Positions 10,304-20,333 of a stretch of 64,000 nt of DNA are shown in pieces. The DNA lies in NCBI GenBank assembly GCA_002746605.1, contig PDPT01000041.1, forward strand, positions 6,051-70,050. The letters are read 5' to 3'. The notes beneath the pieces were generated by a model, which did not search any database, was not told the DNA's origin, and saw nothing but the letters and a program-made list of their open reading frames with translations. Position numbers and translations under genes: made by a program. Each line of letters begins with the position of its first letter. The first letter of the stretch is position 1. The stretch is from Ignavibacteriota bacterium (GTDB lineage Bacteria > Bacteroidota > Ignavibacteria > Ignavibacteriales > Melioribacteraceae).

Positions 10304-10882
10304 ATGGAACTAATTTTTGCATCACAAAATGAAGGAAAAATAAAAGAAGTTCAAAAAATATTTGAAGATAAAAATATTAAAATTTTATCTTTAAAAGATA
10401 TTGGATTTGTTAAAGAAATAGTTGAAGATTCGGATACATTTGAAGGAAATGCTTTTATAAAAGCTAAAACTATTTACGAAAAATATAAATTACCTGTTAT
10501 TGCAGATGATTCAGGCTTGGAAGTATTGCAGTTAAACAACAGACCCGGAGTTTTTTCCGCTCGTTATGCAGGAGAAGATGCAACCTACAAAGAAAACAAT
10601 ATAAAGCTGCTTGGTGAATTAGATAAATATCCGCAACCGCACAAAGCACAGTTTGTTTGTTGTGCAGTTTATCTTGATTCGGAAAAGAAAATTTCTCAAT
10701 TTGGAAAACTCGAAGGTGAAATTATAAAAGAGTTTAAAGGTGAAAACGGTTTTGGTTACGATCCTATTTTCAAACCAGATGGCTATGAAATTACGCTTGC
10801 CGAAATGAGTCTCAAAGAAAAAAATAGAATAAGCCACAGGGCAAATGCTTTTAATTTATTGAAAAATAAAATCTTCGCATAA
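10304..10882 (+). CDS. rdgB: Non-canonical purine NTP pyrophosphatase (RdgB/HAM1 family)
   Basis: 192 aa. ASQNEGKIKE N-terminus, DDSGLEV, GFGYDPIF and ISHRANAF motifs. ATG directly abuts the mtaD stop. Confidence 0.85.
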   Translation: MELIFASQNEGKIKEVQKIFEDKNIKILSLKDIGFVKEIVEDSDTFEGNAFIKAKTIYEKYKLPVIADDSGLEVLQLNNRPGVFSARYAGEDATYKENNIKLLGELDKYPQPHKAQFVCCAVYLDSEKKISQFGKLEGEIIKEFKGENGFGYDPIFKPDGYEITLAEMSLKEKNRISHRANAFNLLKNKIFA

Positions 10883-10958
10883 CTCTGTATTCTTTGTGGT
10901 GCAAGAAATTAAGAAATAATCTTAATACAATTAAATATCAATATTTATTATGTTCCCT

Positions 10959-10990
10959 GGGGAAGGTTTCAAACCTTCCCGTGAAGTTTT
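10959..10990 (+). terminator. Hairpin terminator after rdgB (convergent gene pair)
   Basis: Perfect palindrome gggaaggttt/aaaccttccc (10960-10980), followed by gtgaagtttttt. Confidence 0.6.
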
Positions 10991-11029
10991 TTATAATATA
11001 ACTATAAGCTCTTTCTTACGAATCTTTTT

Positions 11030-11500
11030 TTAATATAAATTTCTTGTAACTGCAAAAATGAAATTTAGAATAACCAAAATGGTAACAACCTTATTAAGTT
11101 TAGTTATAGCTGAAAATTGTTTATCAATTTGAGAGTCATTGGTATCTAAAATTGCAGTTCTTAGTTTTCGAGATGTTGGAATCATTTTCGCAAATGTAAT
11201 TACCAAAATTACAATAAAAATAATCTGTTTGGTTGCTAGCCAATGTGCATGCGACATATCAAAAAATCCCCAAACGGGATTTAACACGACCAAAATTATT
11301 CCAGTTACAGCAATACCTACAGAACCTACAATCCCAAACAGATTTGTGAACTTTAAATAAAGCGAAATAAATTCTTCTTTTGTATTGCCGATTACCGATT
11401 TATTTATTTGCCTTTTTAGAATAATATCTGCCGCAAAAAATATTAGCCACATTCCCGCAAATATTATATGAAATGTTACAAGTATTGAATAATGATTCAT
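11030..11500 (-). CDS. Integral membrane protein, about 4 TM helices, function unknown
   Basis: 156 aa with four hydrophobic segments. N-terminal FHIIFAGMWLIFF resembles CopD/HemJ/DUF2269-type helices, but no family assignment is possible by eye. Confidence 0.5.
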   Translation of the reverse strand: MNHYSILVTFHIIFAGMWLIFFAADIILKRQINKSVIGNTKEEFISLYLKFTNLFGIVGSVGIAVTGIILVVLNPVWGFFDMSHAHWLATKQIIFIVILVITFAKMIPTSRKLRTAILDTNDSQIDKQFSAITKLNKVVTILVILNFIFAVTRNLY

Positions 11501-11515
11501 TAAGACTCCTTTCTT

Positions 11516-12457
11516 TTATAAAATTAAAGTTTCTTTTGCTTTGTTAAATTCTTCTATGAATCTTTTCATAAGTTCTTCAACTGTGGGAATGTCGTTAATC
11601 AGTCCGCTGCTTTGACTTGCTTCCAGCATGCCTTCATTTAAATCACCTTCAAAGATACCTTTCATTTCTCTTTTTTTGCTTAAGAGCTCTCTTTGTTCTT
11701 CAACATCAACACATTCATTTTCCATTAAGGATATTTCTTCGCTGAACTTATTTTTTATAACTCTTGCCATTCCAAGTTTTTTTAGAACCAAATGCGTGTC
11801 CTTATCCTTAGCATTTACTATTGCTTGTTTATAATTTTCATGAGCTGATGATTCTTGTGTTGCGGCAAAACGTGTTCCTATTTGAACGCCCTCAGCACCA
11901 AGAGATAGAGCTGCTGCAATTCCTCTTCCATCACTAATTCCTCCGGCAGCAATTACAGGAATTTCAAGATTATCAATTAACTGCGGAATGAGAGAAAAAG
12001 TTGTAATTTCATCAAGTCCATTATGGCCGCCGGCTTCTACACCTTCACCAACAATTGCATCGCAGCCGACACTTTGAGCTTTAAGAGCAAATTTTAATGA
12101 AGGTACTACGTGCACTACCTTAATTTGATTTTGTTTGAATACCTCAATAAATTTTCCGGGATGTCCAGCAGAAGAAAAAATAATTTTAACTTTTTCTTTA
12201 ATAATTACATCAACAAGTTCTTGAACATCACCTCGCAGCAAAGGTAAATTTACTCCGAATGGATTACTTGTTGCTTTATTGCATTTTTGTATATGTTCAG
12301 CAAGAAGTTCAGGTTTCATAGAACCTGCACCTATTAAACCGAGGCCGCCGTTATTAGAAACACTTGAAGCAAGTCTCCATCCGGAAGCCCAAACCATTCC
12401 ACCTTGGATTATGGGATATTTTATACTTAATAACTCTTTAATTCTACTTTTTTGCAT
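11516..12457 (-). CDS. NAD(P)H-dependent flavin oxidoreductase, nitronate monooxygenase / FabK (enoyl-ACP reductase II) family
   Basis: 313 aa. YPIIQGGMVWASG N-terminus. GEGVEAGGH and AAGGISDGRG FMN-binding blocks. GGAAG-type SD upstream. Confidence 0.75.
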   Translation of the reverse strand: MQKSRIKELLSIKYPIIQGGMVWASGWRLASSVSNNGGLGLIGAGSMKPELLAEHIQKCNKATSNPFGVNLPLLRGDVQELVDVIIKEKVKIIFSSAGHPGKFIEVFKQNQIKVVHVVPSLKFALKAQSVGCDAIVGEGVEAGGHNGLDEITTFSLIPQLIDNLEIPVIAAGGISDGRGIAAALSLGAEGVQIGTRFAATQESSAHENYKQAIVNAKDKDTHLVLKKLGMARVIKNKFSEEISLMENECVDVEEQRELLSKKREMKGIFEGDLNEGMLEASQSSGLINDIPTVEELMKRFIEEFNKAKETLIL

Positions 12458-12668
12458 TTTACTTCCTCTTTTACGACGATTGTTTTGACTATTATTTCCT
12501 TTTTATCTAATTTTTAAACATAAATTATAATAATATTTACCGAAATTTCTGAAACTTACAGATAAAATCATCTATGTAAAACTAAGCTCAATTGATTTTA
12601 ATAATTACAACATTACTTTTCTCTTTCAGAAAATTTGGAGCAATCAAAAATAACAAAAGAGGTAATAA

Positions 12669-13811
12669 ATGTCCTATTTTTTTACGTCAGAATCTGTCTC
12701 GGAAGGTCATCCCGACAAAGTTGCAGATGCAATTTCAGACGGTATTTTAGATGAAATAATTAAACAAGACCAAACTGCAAGAGTTGCTTGTGAAACCTTC
12801 GTAACAACAGGACTTGTTCTTGTTGGAGGAGAAATAACAACTTCAGCTTATGTTGATATTCAAGAAATTGTTAGAAAAACTGTAAAAAATATCGGTTACA
12901 CTGAAGCGGAATATAAGTTTGATTCGGAATCGTGTTCTGTGCTTAACGCTATTCATTCACAATCACCCGATATTGCAATGGGTGTTGATACCGGTGGTGC
13001 AGGCGACCAAGGAATTATGTTTGGTTACGCGTGCAATCAAACACCTGAGCTTATGCCAATGCCTATTGTTTACGCACATAAATTGGTTAAAAAACTTACT
13101 GATGTTCGTAAAAGAAATAAGAAACTCATGCCTTATCTAAGACCTGATTCTAAATCCCAAGTAACAGTTGAATATGATGAAAATAACAAGCCAATCCGTA
13201 TTGATACAGTTGTAATTTCAACACAACACGATCCTAAAGTAAGTCAAAAAAGAATTAAAGATGATGTAATAAAATACATTATTAAAAAAGTTATTCCGGC
13301 AAGATTATTAGATGAAAATACTAAGTACCATGTGAATCCGACCGGACGTTTTGAAATTGGGGGACCACATGGAGACAGTGGACTTACCGGAAGAAAAATT
13401 ATTGTAGATACTTATGGCGGTTGGGCACCTCATGGCGGCGGAGCTTTTTCAGGAAAAGATCCTTCTAAGGTTGATAGAAGTGCAACTTATGCAGCACGCC
13501 ACATTGCAAAAAATATTGTTGCAGCTAAGCTTGCAAAAGAATGCTTGGTACAGCTTGCTTATGCAATCGGTGTTGCGGAACCTGTTTCTGTTTATGTTGA
13601 TACTAAAGGAACTGGAGTTATTTCCGATAATGAAATTTCTGAAATGATTAAAAAAGAAGTTGATTTAACACCCAATGCAATAATTAAAAAATTAGAACTA
13701 AAAAATCCAATTTATCACAAAACAGCTTCTTACGGACATTTCGGAAGAAAAGAATTTTCATGGGAAAAATTGGATTTAGTAGAAAGATTTAAAAAGTATA
13801 AAAAAGGTTAA
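12669..13811 (+). CDS. metK: S-adenosylmethionine synthetase
   Basis: 380 aa. [30 protein letters not shown] and [16 protein letters not shown] signatures. AGAGG SD upstream. Confidence 0.97.
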   Translation: MSYFFTSESVSEGHPDKVADAISDGILDEIIKQDQTARVACETFVTTGLVLVGGEITTSAYVDIQEIVRKTVKNIGYTEAEYKFDSESCSVLNAIHSQSPDIAMGVDTGGAGDQGIMFGYACNQTPELMPMPIVYAHKLVKKLTDVRKRNKKLMPYLRPDSKSQVTVEYDENNKPIRIDTVVISTQHDPKVSQKRIKDDVIKYIIKKVIPARLLDENTKYHVNPTGRFEIGGPHGDSGLTGRKIIVDTYGGWAPHGGGAFSGKDPSKVDRSATYAARHIAKNIVAAKLAKECLVQLAYAIGVAEPVSVYVDTKGTGVISDNEISEMIKKEVDLTPNAIIKKLELKNPIYHKTASYGHFGRKEFSWEKLDLVERFKKYKKG

Positions 13812-13813
13812 AA

Positions 13814-15136
13814 ATGAACGAAGTTAAAAGTGAAGTAAGCTATCTTCCTTACAAGGTTAAAGATATTTCTCTTGCTGAATGGGGAAGAAAAGAAATAAAA
13901 TTAGCAGAAGCAGAAATGCCCGGATTGATGGCTTTACGTAAAAAATACAAAGAATTAAAGCCGCTTAAAGGTGCAAGAATTGCAGGTTGTCTGCACATGA
14001 CAATCCAAACTGCAGTATTAATTGAAACGCTAAAAGAACTTGGTGCTGAAGTAACTTGGTCATCATGTAATATTTTTTCTACTCAAGATCATGCCGCTGC
14101 TGCAATTGCTGCTGCCGGAATTCCCGTTTATGCTTGGAAAGGAATGAATGCTGAAGAATTTGATTGGTGTATTGAGCAAACTCTATTTTTCGGTGAAGAA
14201 AGGAAACCGTTGAATATGATTCTTGATGATGGTGGCGATTTAACAAATATGGTTCTTGATAATTATCCTGAGCTTGTAAAAGATGTAAAAGGACTTTCCG
14301 AAGAAACTACGACAGGTGTTCACAGATTGTACGAAAGAATGGAAAAGGGAACACTGCCAATACCTGCAATTAACGTTAACGATTCAGTTACAAAATCAAA
14401 ATTTGATAATAAGTACGGATGTCGTGAATCTCTCGTTGATGCACTTCGCAGAGCTACAGACTTGATGATGGCAGGTAAAGTTGCTATTGTGGCAGGTTAT
14501 GGAGACGTTGGTAAAGGTTCTGCACAATCCTTGAGGAGTGCAGGTGTACGGGTTTTGGTTTCTGAAGTTGATCCAATTTGTGCCTTGCAAGCTGCCATGG
14601 AAGGCTTTGAAGTTAAAAAATTCTTAAAAGCTGTTCCCGAAGCTGATATAGTTGTAACTGCAACCGGAAATAAAGATATTGTTACAAAAGAAGCATTCAA
14701 GTCAATGAAAGATAAAACAGTTGTCTGTAATATTGGCCATTTTGATAATGAAATTGATATGGCTTGGTTGAATGAAAATTATGGCAGCACTAAAGATACA
14801 ATTAAACCTCAAGTGGATTTATATAATGTTGATGGAAAGGAAATTATTGTTCTTGCAGAAGGCAGATTAGTAAATCTTGGTTGTGCGACCGGTCATCCGT
14901 CTTTTGTAATGAGCAATTCTTTTACCAACCAAACTCTTGCTCAAATTGAACTTTGGAATAATCCGGATAAATACGAAAACAAAGTCTATATGCTTCCCAA
15001 ACATCTTGATGAAGAAGTTGCAAGATTACATCTCGAGAAAGTTGGAGCAGAGTTGGATACCTTATCAGAAGAGCAAGCCAAATATATTGGTGTCAGCGTT
15101 AAAGGTCCATTTAAGCCTGAATATTATAGATATTAA
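13814..15136 (+). CDS. ahcY: Adenosylhomocysteinase
   Basis: 440 aa. [34 protein letters not shown] fold and [10 protein letters not shown]. Starts 2 nt after the metK stop, so probably one operon. Confidence 0.97.
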   Translation: MNEVKSEVSYLPYKVKDISLAEWGRKEIKLAEAEMPGLMALRKKYKELKPLKGARIAGCLHMTIQTAVLIETLKELGAEVTWSSCNIFSTQDHAAAAIAAAGIPVYAWKGMNAEEFDWCIEQTLFFGEERKPLNMILDDGGDLTNMVLDNYPELVKDVKGLSEETTTGVHRLYERMEKGTLPIPAINVNDSVTKSKFDNKYGCRESLVDALRRATDLMMAGKVAIVAGYGDVGKGSAQSLRSAGVRVLVSEVDPICALQAAMEGFEVKKFLKAVPEADIVVTATGNKDIVTKEAFKSMKDKTVVCNIGHFDNEIDMAWLNENYGSTKDTIKPQVDLYNVDGKEIIVLAEGRLVNLGCATGHPSFVMSNSFTNQTLAQIELWNNPDKYENKVYMLPKHLDEEVARLHLEKVGAELDTLSEEQAKYIGVSVKGPFKPEYYRY

Positions 15137-15180
15137 AAGTATAAAGTTAATAGATAAAAATTAAAAGTCTGTTATAACTA

Positions 15181-15217
15181 AAACCTTGGAAATTGAAAAT
15201 ATTTTCAAGGTTTTTTT
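15181..15217. terminator. Bidirectional rho-independent terminator (ahcY on +; gatA and the small ORF on -)
   Basis: 12-bp stem aaaccttggaaa/ttttcaaggttt with one G-U pair and a 9-nt loop. T-run on + (tttttttatt). The - strand is T-rich as well. Confidence 0.8.
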
Positions 15218-15344
15218 ATTTATTAACATTGCATCATGTTTTTCTTATGTATAAATAAAGAGTATGGTACTTCATTTTCTCATTTTTCAATACCATTTTA
15301 AGAAATCTTATAGAATTCTATTTCTTATCTTCTTTTAACTTATT

Positions 15345-15494
15345 TAATTTATCTGCAACTTTCTCTGGTTTGTGAACAAATATTGGAAAACATTCCGTGC
15401 AAATCCAGCTTGCTTTGGAAGAAAATTTAATTGAAAGTAACGGAACAAGATTATCATCTTTTTCGCAGTTTAGACATTTATTTATTTCTGACAT
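15345..15494 (-). CDS. Small (49 aa) CxxC...CxxC zinc-ribbon protein, ClpX-type zinc-finger-like; absent from the supplied ORF track (below 60 aa)
   Basis: Hand translation gives MSEINKCLNCEKDDNLVPLLSIKFSSKASWICTECFPIFVHKPEKLQIN. AAGGAG lies 7 nt upstream of the ATG. The ORF is 58 nt downstream of gatA on the same strand and upstream of the bidirectional terminator. Confidence 0.45.
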
Positions 15495-15552
15495 TTGTTT
15501 TCTCCTTCTGTAAAGTTAAAATTATATGTTTTGATTTTGCTCAATGTGGATG

Positions 15553-16974
15553 TTATGAAATTATATTTAAAGTTTTTTTTGTAAAACTCAGCAGCTCATT
15601 TTCCTTAAACTGATTTGCCATTAATTGCATCCCTATTGGCAAACCCATGCTGTTTTTTCCAATCGGGATATTTATTCCGGGAATTCCGGCAAGATTAGCT
15701 GACGTTGTATAAACATCACCGAGGTACATTTGTAACGGGTCTTCTATTTTCTCTTTGATTTTGAATGCTGTAGTTGGAGTTGTAGGCGATAAAATTATAT
15801 CAACATTTTTAAATACATTATCGAAATCATTTTTAATTATTCTTCTGACTTGTTGGGCTTTTTTATAATAAGCATCGTAATAACCTGCGGATAATACATA
15901 AGTGCCAAGCATAATTCTGCGTTTAACTTCTTTCCCAAATCCTTCGGAACGGGATTTAGTGTACATTCCTTTTAAATTTGTTTTGTCATGAGTTCTGTGC
16001 CCGTAACGTGCCCCATCGTATCTTGCAAGGTTTGATGAAGCTTCTGCAGTAGTTAAAATATAGTATGTTGCAATTGCATATTCCATATTCGGCAGTGAAA
16101 TATCAACTACTTCAATTCCGTTTTCTTTTAGTTTTGCAATTTTATTTTTTATAGCTGATTTAATTTCCTCATTTAATCCTTCTCCAAAATATTCTTTCGG
16201 GATTCCAACTTTAAAATTTTTAGAATTTTCCGAGAAGTCAATATAATTAGGAACATCTACTTTTTCAGAAGTTGAGTCTTTTTCATCGTAACCCGAAATT
16301 ATTTGGTGAACCAATGCGATATCATAAATGTTGTTTGCAAAAGCTCCTATTGAATCGAAAGAAGAAGCAAAAGCTGTTAATCCGTATCGAGAAACTCTGC
16401 CATAACTTGGTTTAAGTCCGTACACTCCGCAGAAAGCAGCAGGTTGTCGGATTGACCCTCCTGTATCGGTTCCAAGAGCAACATCGCAAAGTTTTCCTGA
16501 AACAGCAGCTGCAGAACCACCGCTTGAACCACCCGGAACATATTCTTGATTTATAGGATTTTTTACAACTCCAAAGTGTGAGTTTTCATTTGAACTGCCC
16601 ATTGCAAACTCATCGCAGTTTGTTTTACCTATTATTATTGCATCTTCATCAATGAGTTTTTGTACACTTGTTGCAGTATAAAGTGATGTAAAATTTCCTA
16701 AAATTTTTGATGAGCAAGTAAGCGGTTTATCCTTTATGGAAAGAACATCTTTAATTGCTACTACCATTCCTGCAAGTCTGCCGCCTGTTCCGTTTTTTAT
16801 TTTTTGTTCAACTTTTTTGGCTGTATCAAGTGAGTCTTCAAAAACAAAATTGAAAGCATTTAAATCTTTTGCTTTTTCAATTTCATCTAAGAAAAATTTT
16901 ACATTATCGGTCAGCGATAGTGAACCGTTTTGAATCTGTACAATTTTTTCGGAATAGTTTTTATAGGAAATCAA
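15553..16974 (-). CDS. gatA: Amidase-signature enzyme, Asp/Glu-tRNA(Asn/Gln) amidotransferase subunit A
   Basis: 473 aa. GGSSGGSAAAV amidase signature. KDVLSIKDKPLTCSSKIL and GTDTGGSIRQPAAFCG blocks. No gatB or gatC adjacent. Confidence 0.85.
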   Translation of the reverse strand: MISYKNYSEKIVQIQNGSLSLTDNVKFFLDEIEKAKDLNAFNFVFEDSLDTAKKVEQKIKNGTGGRLAGMVVAIKDVLSIKDKPLTCSSKILGNFTSLYTATSVQKLIDEDAIIIGKTNCDEFAMGSSNENSHFGVVKNPINQEYVPGGSSGGSAAAVSGKLCDVALGTDTGGSIRQPAAFCGVYGLKPSYGRVSRYGLTAFASSFDSIGAFANNIYDIALVHQIISGYDEKDSTSEKVDVPNYIDFSENSKNFKVGIPKEYFGEGLNEEIKSAIKNKIAKLKENGIEVVDISLPNMEYAIATYYILTTAEASSNLARYDGARYGHRTHDKTNLKGMYTKSRSEGFGKEVKRRIMLGTYVLSAGYYDAYYKKAQQVRRIIKNDFDNVFKNVDIILSPTTPTTAFKIKEKIEDPLQMYLGDVYTTSANLAGIPGINIPIGKNSMGLPIGMQLMANQFKENELLSFTKKTLNIIS

Positions 16975-16986
16975 TATTCGAGGACC

Positions 16987-17184
16987 TTATTTTTTATCTC
17001 CAGTTTGATTTTCGTCTTTTTTTATTTCAGAAATATCTTCTTCAACATCTTTTATTGCTTTCTTAAATTCTTTCATTCCTTTTCCTACGCCTTGTGCAAG
17101 TTCGGGAATTTTTTTTGCTCCAAAAAGTAAAACTATTGCTACAATAATTAAAACTATTTCAGGAGCACCCAAGCTTCCAAACAT
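16987..17184 (-). CDS. tatA: Twin-arginine translocase TatA/E-family protein
   Basis: 65 aa. MFGSLGAPEIVLIIVAIVLLFGAKKIPEL followed by an amphipathic acidic/basic tail. Confidence 0.85.
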   Translation of the reverse strand: MFGSLGAPEIVLIIVAIVLLFGAKKIPELAQGVGKGMKEFKKAIKDVEEDISEIKKDENQTGDKK

Positions 17185-17212
17185 ATTTACCTCTGTTTAA
17201 TTGAACAAATAA

Positions 17213-17911
17213 TTATTTTTTAATTTTTTTATAATAATGCCTAAATATACCGAATAAAACAATTGCAAGAAATATATAAAATAATGCTGTTCCATCCGTT
17301 AAAAAAACTAGAGCTAAACCTAAAATGGTCAAAATTAAATAGACCGGTTTGCCTTTAAGAGTAGTTCTGTTTAGCTTAGGAAAAGCCGAATATTTTATGC
17401 TGCTTAACATTGCTGCCGATACAATAAGAACTAACGGAACCGATACAAAATATAACGGTTTAATAAATGCTCCGTTATTATAGACATAGTAAACAAACAT
17501 CGAAATAGTAATTGCTGCAAGTGGAATCGGCAGCCCTTTAAAGTCACCTTTCGTTTCAATATCAATAAGCTGCGAATTAAATCTTGCTAATCTGAAAGCT
17601 CCAAAAATTAAAGGCAAAGAACTGAGAATTAAGCCTAAAGCATTGAACTTATAAAAGTGAAAACTATAAATTAAGAACGAAGGAGCTGCCCCAAAACTAA
17701 CTACATCTGCAAGTGAATCAAGCTCAACTCCAAATTGACTGGATGTTTTTAACATTCGAGCAACAATTCCGTCTATTAAATCAAAGATGGAAGCGGCAAA
17801 AATCATTACTGCAGCAAATTGAAAATTTCCTTTGCTTGTAAAAATAATTGACAGAAATCCACTAAAAAGACTTAATGCAGTTATTGTATTTGGAATATAA
17901 GATTTTTTCAT
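17213..17911 (-). CDS. pssA: CDP-diacylglycerol--serine O-phosphatidyltransferase
   Basis: 232 aa, polytopic. CDP-alcohol phosphotransferase motif DLIDGIVARMLKTSSQFGVELDSLADV. Confidence 0.85.
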   Translation of the reverse strand: MKKSYIPNTITALSLFSGFLSIIFTSKGNFQFAAVMIFAASIFDLIDGIVARMLKTSSQFGVELDSLADVVSFGAAPSFLIYSFHFYKFNALGLILSSLPLIFGAFRLARFNSQLIDIETKGDFKGLPIPLAAITISMFVYYVYNNGAFIKPLYFVSVPLVLIVSAAMLSSIKYSAFPKLNRTTLKGKPVYLILTILGLALVFLTDGTALFYIFLAIVLFGIFRHYYKKIKK

Positions 17912-17914
17912 AAA

Positions 17915-18562
17915 TTATTTAATGTTGAATAAAATTGTTTCACCTGCTTTTGTAACATCGCCTTCTTTAACATTTAGTTCCCAATTTTTAGGAACAATTA
18001 TATCAACTCTGCTTCCGAATTTAATCATTCCGAAACGTTTTCCTATTTCTACGCTATCACCAATATTCAATTCATAAACTATTCTTCTCGCAACCATTCC
18101 TGCAACTTGTGTAAAGAGCACTTTTCCGTAATTTGTTGAAATTCCAATTTCAGATCTTTCATTTTCTTCATCGGCTTTATCATTAAATGCTGTTAAAAAT
18201 TTGCCTTCTATATATTTTAGATAATCAACTTTCCCGCTTATAGGAATTCTGTTTACATGAACGTTTAAAGGCGACATAAATATTGAAACTTGTTTTGCTT
18301 CGGAATTTAGAAATCTGCTATCAAAAACATTTTTAATTATAAGCACTTTCCCATCAGCCGGGGAAACAACGATTCTTTCTTTGTTGGGTGTATTTCTTTC
18401 AGGATCTCTAAAAAAATTTAGAGTAAAAAGAAGTAATAAAATGGATAGAACTATAAAAGTAAATTTTCCATAGGTGTTCGATATAAAAAAAGATATAATA
18501 ATTAATAAAACGGAAAATAATACTGAAATTAAAATTGTACTGTAACCGTATTTGGTTAGCAT
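17915..18562 (-). CDS. psd: Phosphatidylserine decarboxylase proenzyme (short Asd-type)
   Basis: FRDPERN, MSPLNVHVNR and the KFGSRVD self-cleavage region. The ORF extends to 18604, but the Met at 18562 follows an AGGAA SD-like site. Lies 3 nt from pssA. Confidence 0.85.
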   Translation of the reverse strand: MLTKYGYSTILISVLFSVLLIIISFFISNTYGKFTFIVLSILLLLFTLNFFRDPERNTPNKERIVVSPADGKVLIIKNVFDSRFLNSEAKQVSIFMSPLNVHVNRIPISGKVDYLKYIEGKFLTAFNDKADEENERSEIGISTNYGKVLFTQVAGMVARRIVYELNIGDSVEIGKRFGMIKFGSRVDIIVPKNWELNVKEGDVTKAGETILFNIK

Positions 18563-18671
18563 AAAATTTCCTATGTTGAAAAAATGTAAATACAAAAGTA
18601 ACATATAATTATAATAAATTCATTAAATTTAAATTTTAGAAAATAATTATTATTTACTCAAAGGAGGATAT

Positions 18672-18998
18672 ATGAAAGGCAATATGGCAGGAATGATGAA
18701 ACAAATTCAGAAAATGCAAGCCGAAATGCAAAAAACTCAAGAAGAATTAGCTAATAAAACCGTTATGGCTGAAAGCGGTGGCGGAATGGTAAAAGCAACC
18801 TGCAATGGAAAAAAAGAAATTATTTCGTTAGAAATTGATGATGAAATTGTAAAATCAGACGATAAAGAAATGCTTGAAGATTTAGTTGTTGCTGCTGTAA
18901 ATAAAGCTTTGGAAGAAGCTGGTAAAATGGCTGAAGAAGAACTTGGTAATGTAACTAAAGGAATGATTCCGCCAGGATTGAATATACCGGGATTTTAA
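18672..18998 (+). CDS. ybaB: Nucleoid-associated protein YbaB/EbfC
   Basis: 108 aa. MMKQIQKMQAEMQKTQEEL, ESGGGMVKATCNGK and the acidic core typical of the family. GGAGG SD. Confidence 0.85.
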   Translation: MKGNMAGMMKQIQKMQAEMQKTQEELANKTVMAESGGGMVKATCNGKKEIISLEIDDEIVKSDDKEMLEDLVVAAVNKALEEAGKMAEEELGNVTKGMIPPGLNIPGF

Positions 18999-19595
18999 TT
19001 GGAAATTGCCGAACCTTTAAGAATTGTTATCGAAGAACTAAGTAAACTTCCTTCGATAGGAAAAAAAAGTGCTCAGCGTTTAGCTCTGCATCTTGTAAAA
19101 AAAGAGCCAGAAGAACTTGAGCAGTTAATAAAATCATTAATTGAGTTAAAAGATAACATTAAATTTTGTTCAATTTGTTTCAATATTTCTTCGAGCGATA
19201 TTTGCAGTGTTTGCAATAATCCTAAACGTGATTCCTCTATAATCTGTATTGTAGAAGAAGCAAGCGATGTAATCGCTATAGAAAATACAAACGAATTTAC
19301 CGGCAAATACCATGTAATTGGCGGAGTATTATCTCCGCTTTCAGGCATTGGTGTAGAGGATTTGAAAATTAAAGAACTTTTGGAAAGACTTAAAACCGAA
19401 GAAGCAAAAGAAATAATTCTTGCTCTAAATCCCGATACAGAAGGTGAAACTACAAGTCTTTATCTTGCAAAATTATTAAAACCCTTAAACATAAAAATAA
19501 CAAGATTAGCACGAGGTCTGCCTATTGGAGGTGATTTGGAATTTACAGATGAAGCAACAATTGGAAGAGCGGTCTTAAATAGAATTGATATGTAA
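18999..19595 (+). CDS. recR: Recombination protein RecR
   Basis: 198 aa with a TTG start abutting the ybaB stop. HhH (LPSIGKKSAQRLA). C4 zinc finger CSICFNISSSDICSVC. Toprim region. Confidence 0.93.
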   Translation: MEIAEPLRIVIEELSKLPSIGKKSAQRLALHLVKKEPEELEQLIKSLIELKDNIKFCSICFNISSSDICSVCNNPKRDSSIICIVEEASDVIAIENTNEFTGKYHVIGGVLSPLSGIGVEDLKIKELLERLKTEEAKEIILALNPDTEGETTSLYLAKLLKPLNIKITRLARGLPIGGDLEFTDEATIGRAVLNRIDM

Positions 19596-20333
19596 ATGAA
19601 TAAAGAGTGGTTCAAAGATTGGTTTGCATCCGAACATTATCTTGATGTTTATAAGCACAGAAATAATGCTGATACAGAAAGAATAATTAATCTGATTTTA
19701 AGTAATACAAAAATTTCCAAAGGTGCTAAGATTTTAGATGCAGCCTGCGGTGCAGGAAGGCATTCAATAAAGTTTGCTAAAGAGGGATTTGATGTAACAG
19801 GATTTGATTTGAGCCAAACTCTATTAAATATTGCCGAGAGAAATGCAAAATTAAATAGTACAAATATTAAATTTTTAAATTCTGATTTAAGAAGTTTTAA
19901 TACTGAAAGTAAGTTTGATTTAATTGTAAATCTTTTTACGAGTTTTGGTTATTTTGAAACAGATGAAGAAAACTTTGCTTTTATCAAAACTGCATATAAG
20001 CTTCTTCAAGATAGCGGTTATTATATTCTGGATTATCTAAACAAAAATTATGTTGAACATAATTTAATAAAGTTCACAGAGAAAAAAGTCAACGGGAATA
20101 AAATAGAAGAGCACCGAAGTATAAACAACGGAAGAGTTGAAAAAAAAATCATAATAAAAAAAAATAATGTAATCAAAGAATTTCAAGAATCTGTTAAATT
20201 ATATTCCTATAAGGAACTTATCTCTGAAATTTCAAAAATAGGCTTTAAATTGGGAATGGTCTTTGGTGATTATTTTGGTGATTATTTTGAAGAAAAAAAA
20301 TCGGAAAGATGTATTATTATTTTTCAAAAATAA
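19596..20333 (+). CDS. Class I SAM-dependent methyltransferase
   Basis: 245 aa. ILDAACGAGRHS motif I and DLIVNLFTSFGYF. ATG abuts the recR stop. Confidence 0.75.
   Translation: MNKEWFKDWFASEHYLDVYKHRNNADTERIINLILSNTKISKGAKILDAACGAGRHSIKFAKEGFDVTGFDLSQTLLNIAERNAKLNSTNIKFLNSDLRSFNTESKFDLIVNLFTSFGYFETDEENFAFIKTAYKLLQDSGYYILDYLNKNYVEHNLIKFTEKKVNGNKIEEHRSINNGRVEKKIIIKKNNVIKEFQESVKLYSYKELISEISKIGFKLGMVFGDYFGDYFEEKKSERCIIIFQK

Noticed and set aside
12458-12668. Searched the 211-nt metK leader for a SAM riboswitch. Found an AT-rich inverted repeat, aaatttctgaaa (12543-12554) / tttcagaaaattt (12624-12636), enclosing a small hairpin.
   Set aside because: No SAM-I conserved core or other GC-supported helices are visible. 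The pairing has only two G-C pairs in very AT-rich DNA and is expected by chance. A covariance-model scan (Rfam SAM-I/II/V, SAM-SAH) would settle the question.
20265-20288. Perfect 2 x 12-nt tandem repeat ggtgattatttt, giving GDYFGDYF near the C-terminus of the methyltransferase.
   Set aside because: It is an in-frame micro-duplication with only two copies and no array. It is unlikely to be functional beyond ordinary slippage polymorphism.
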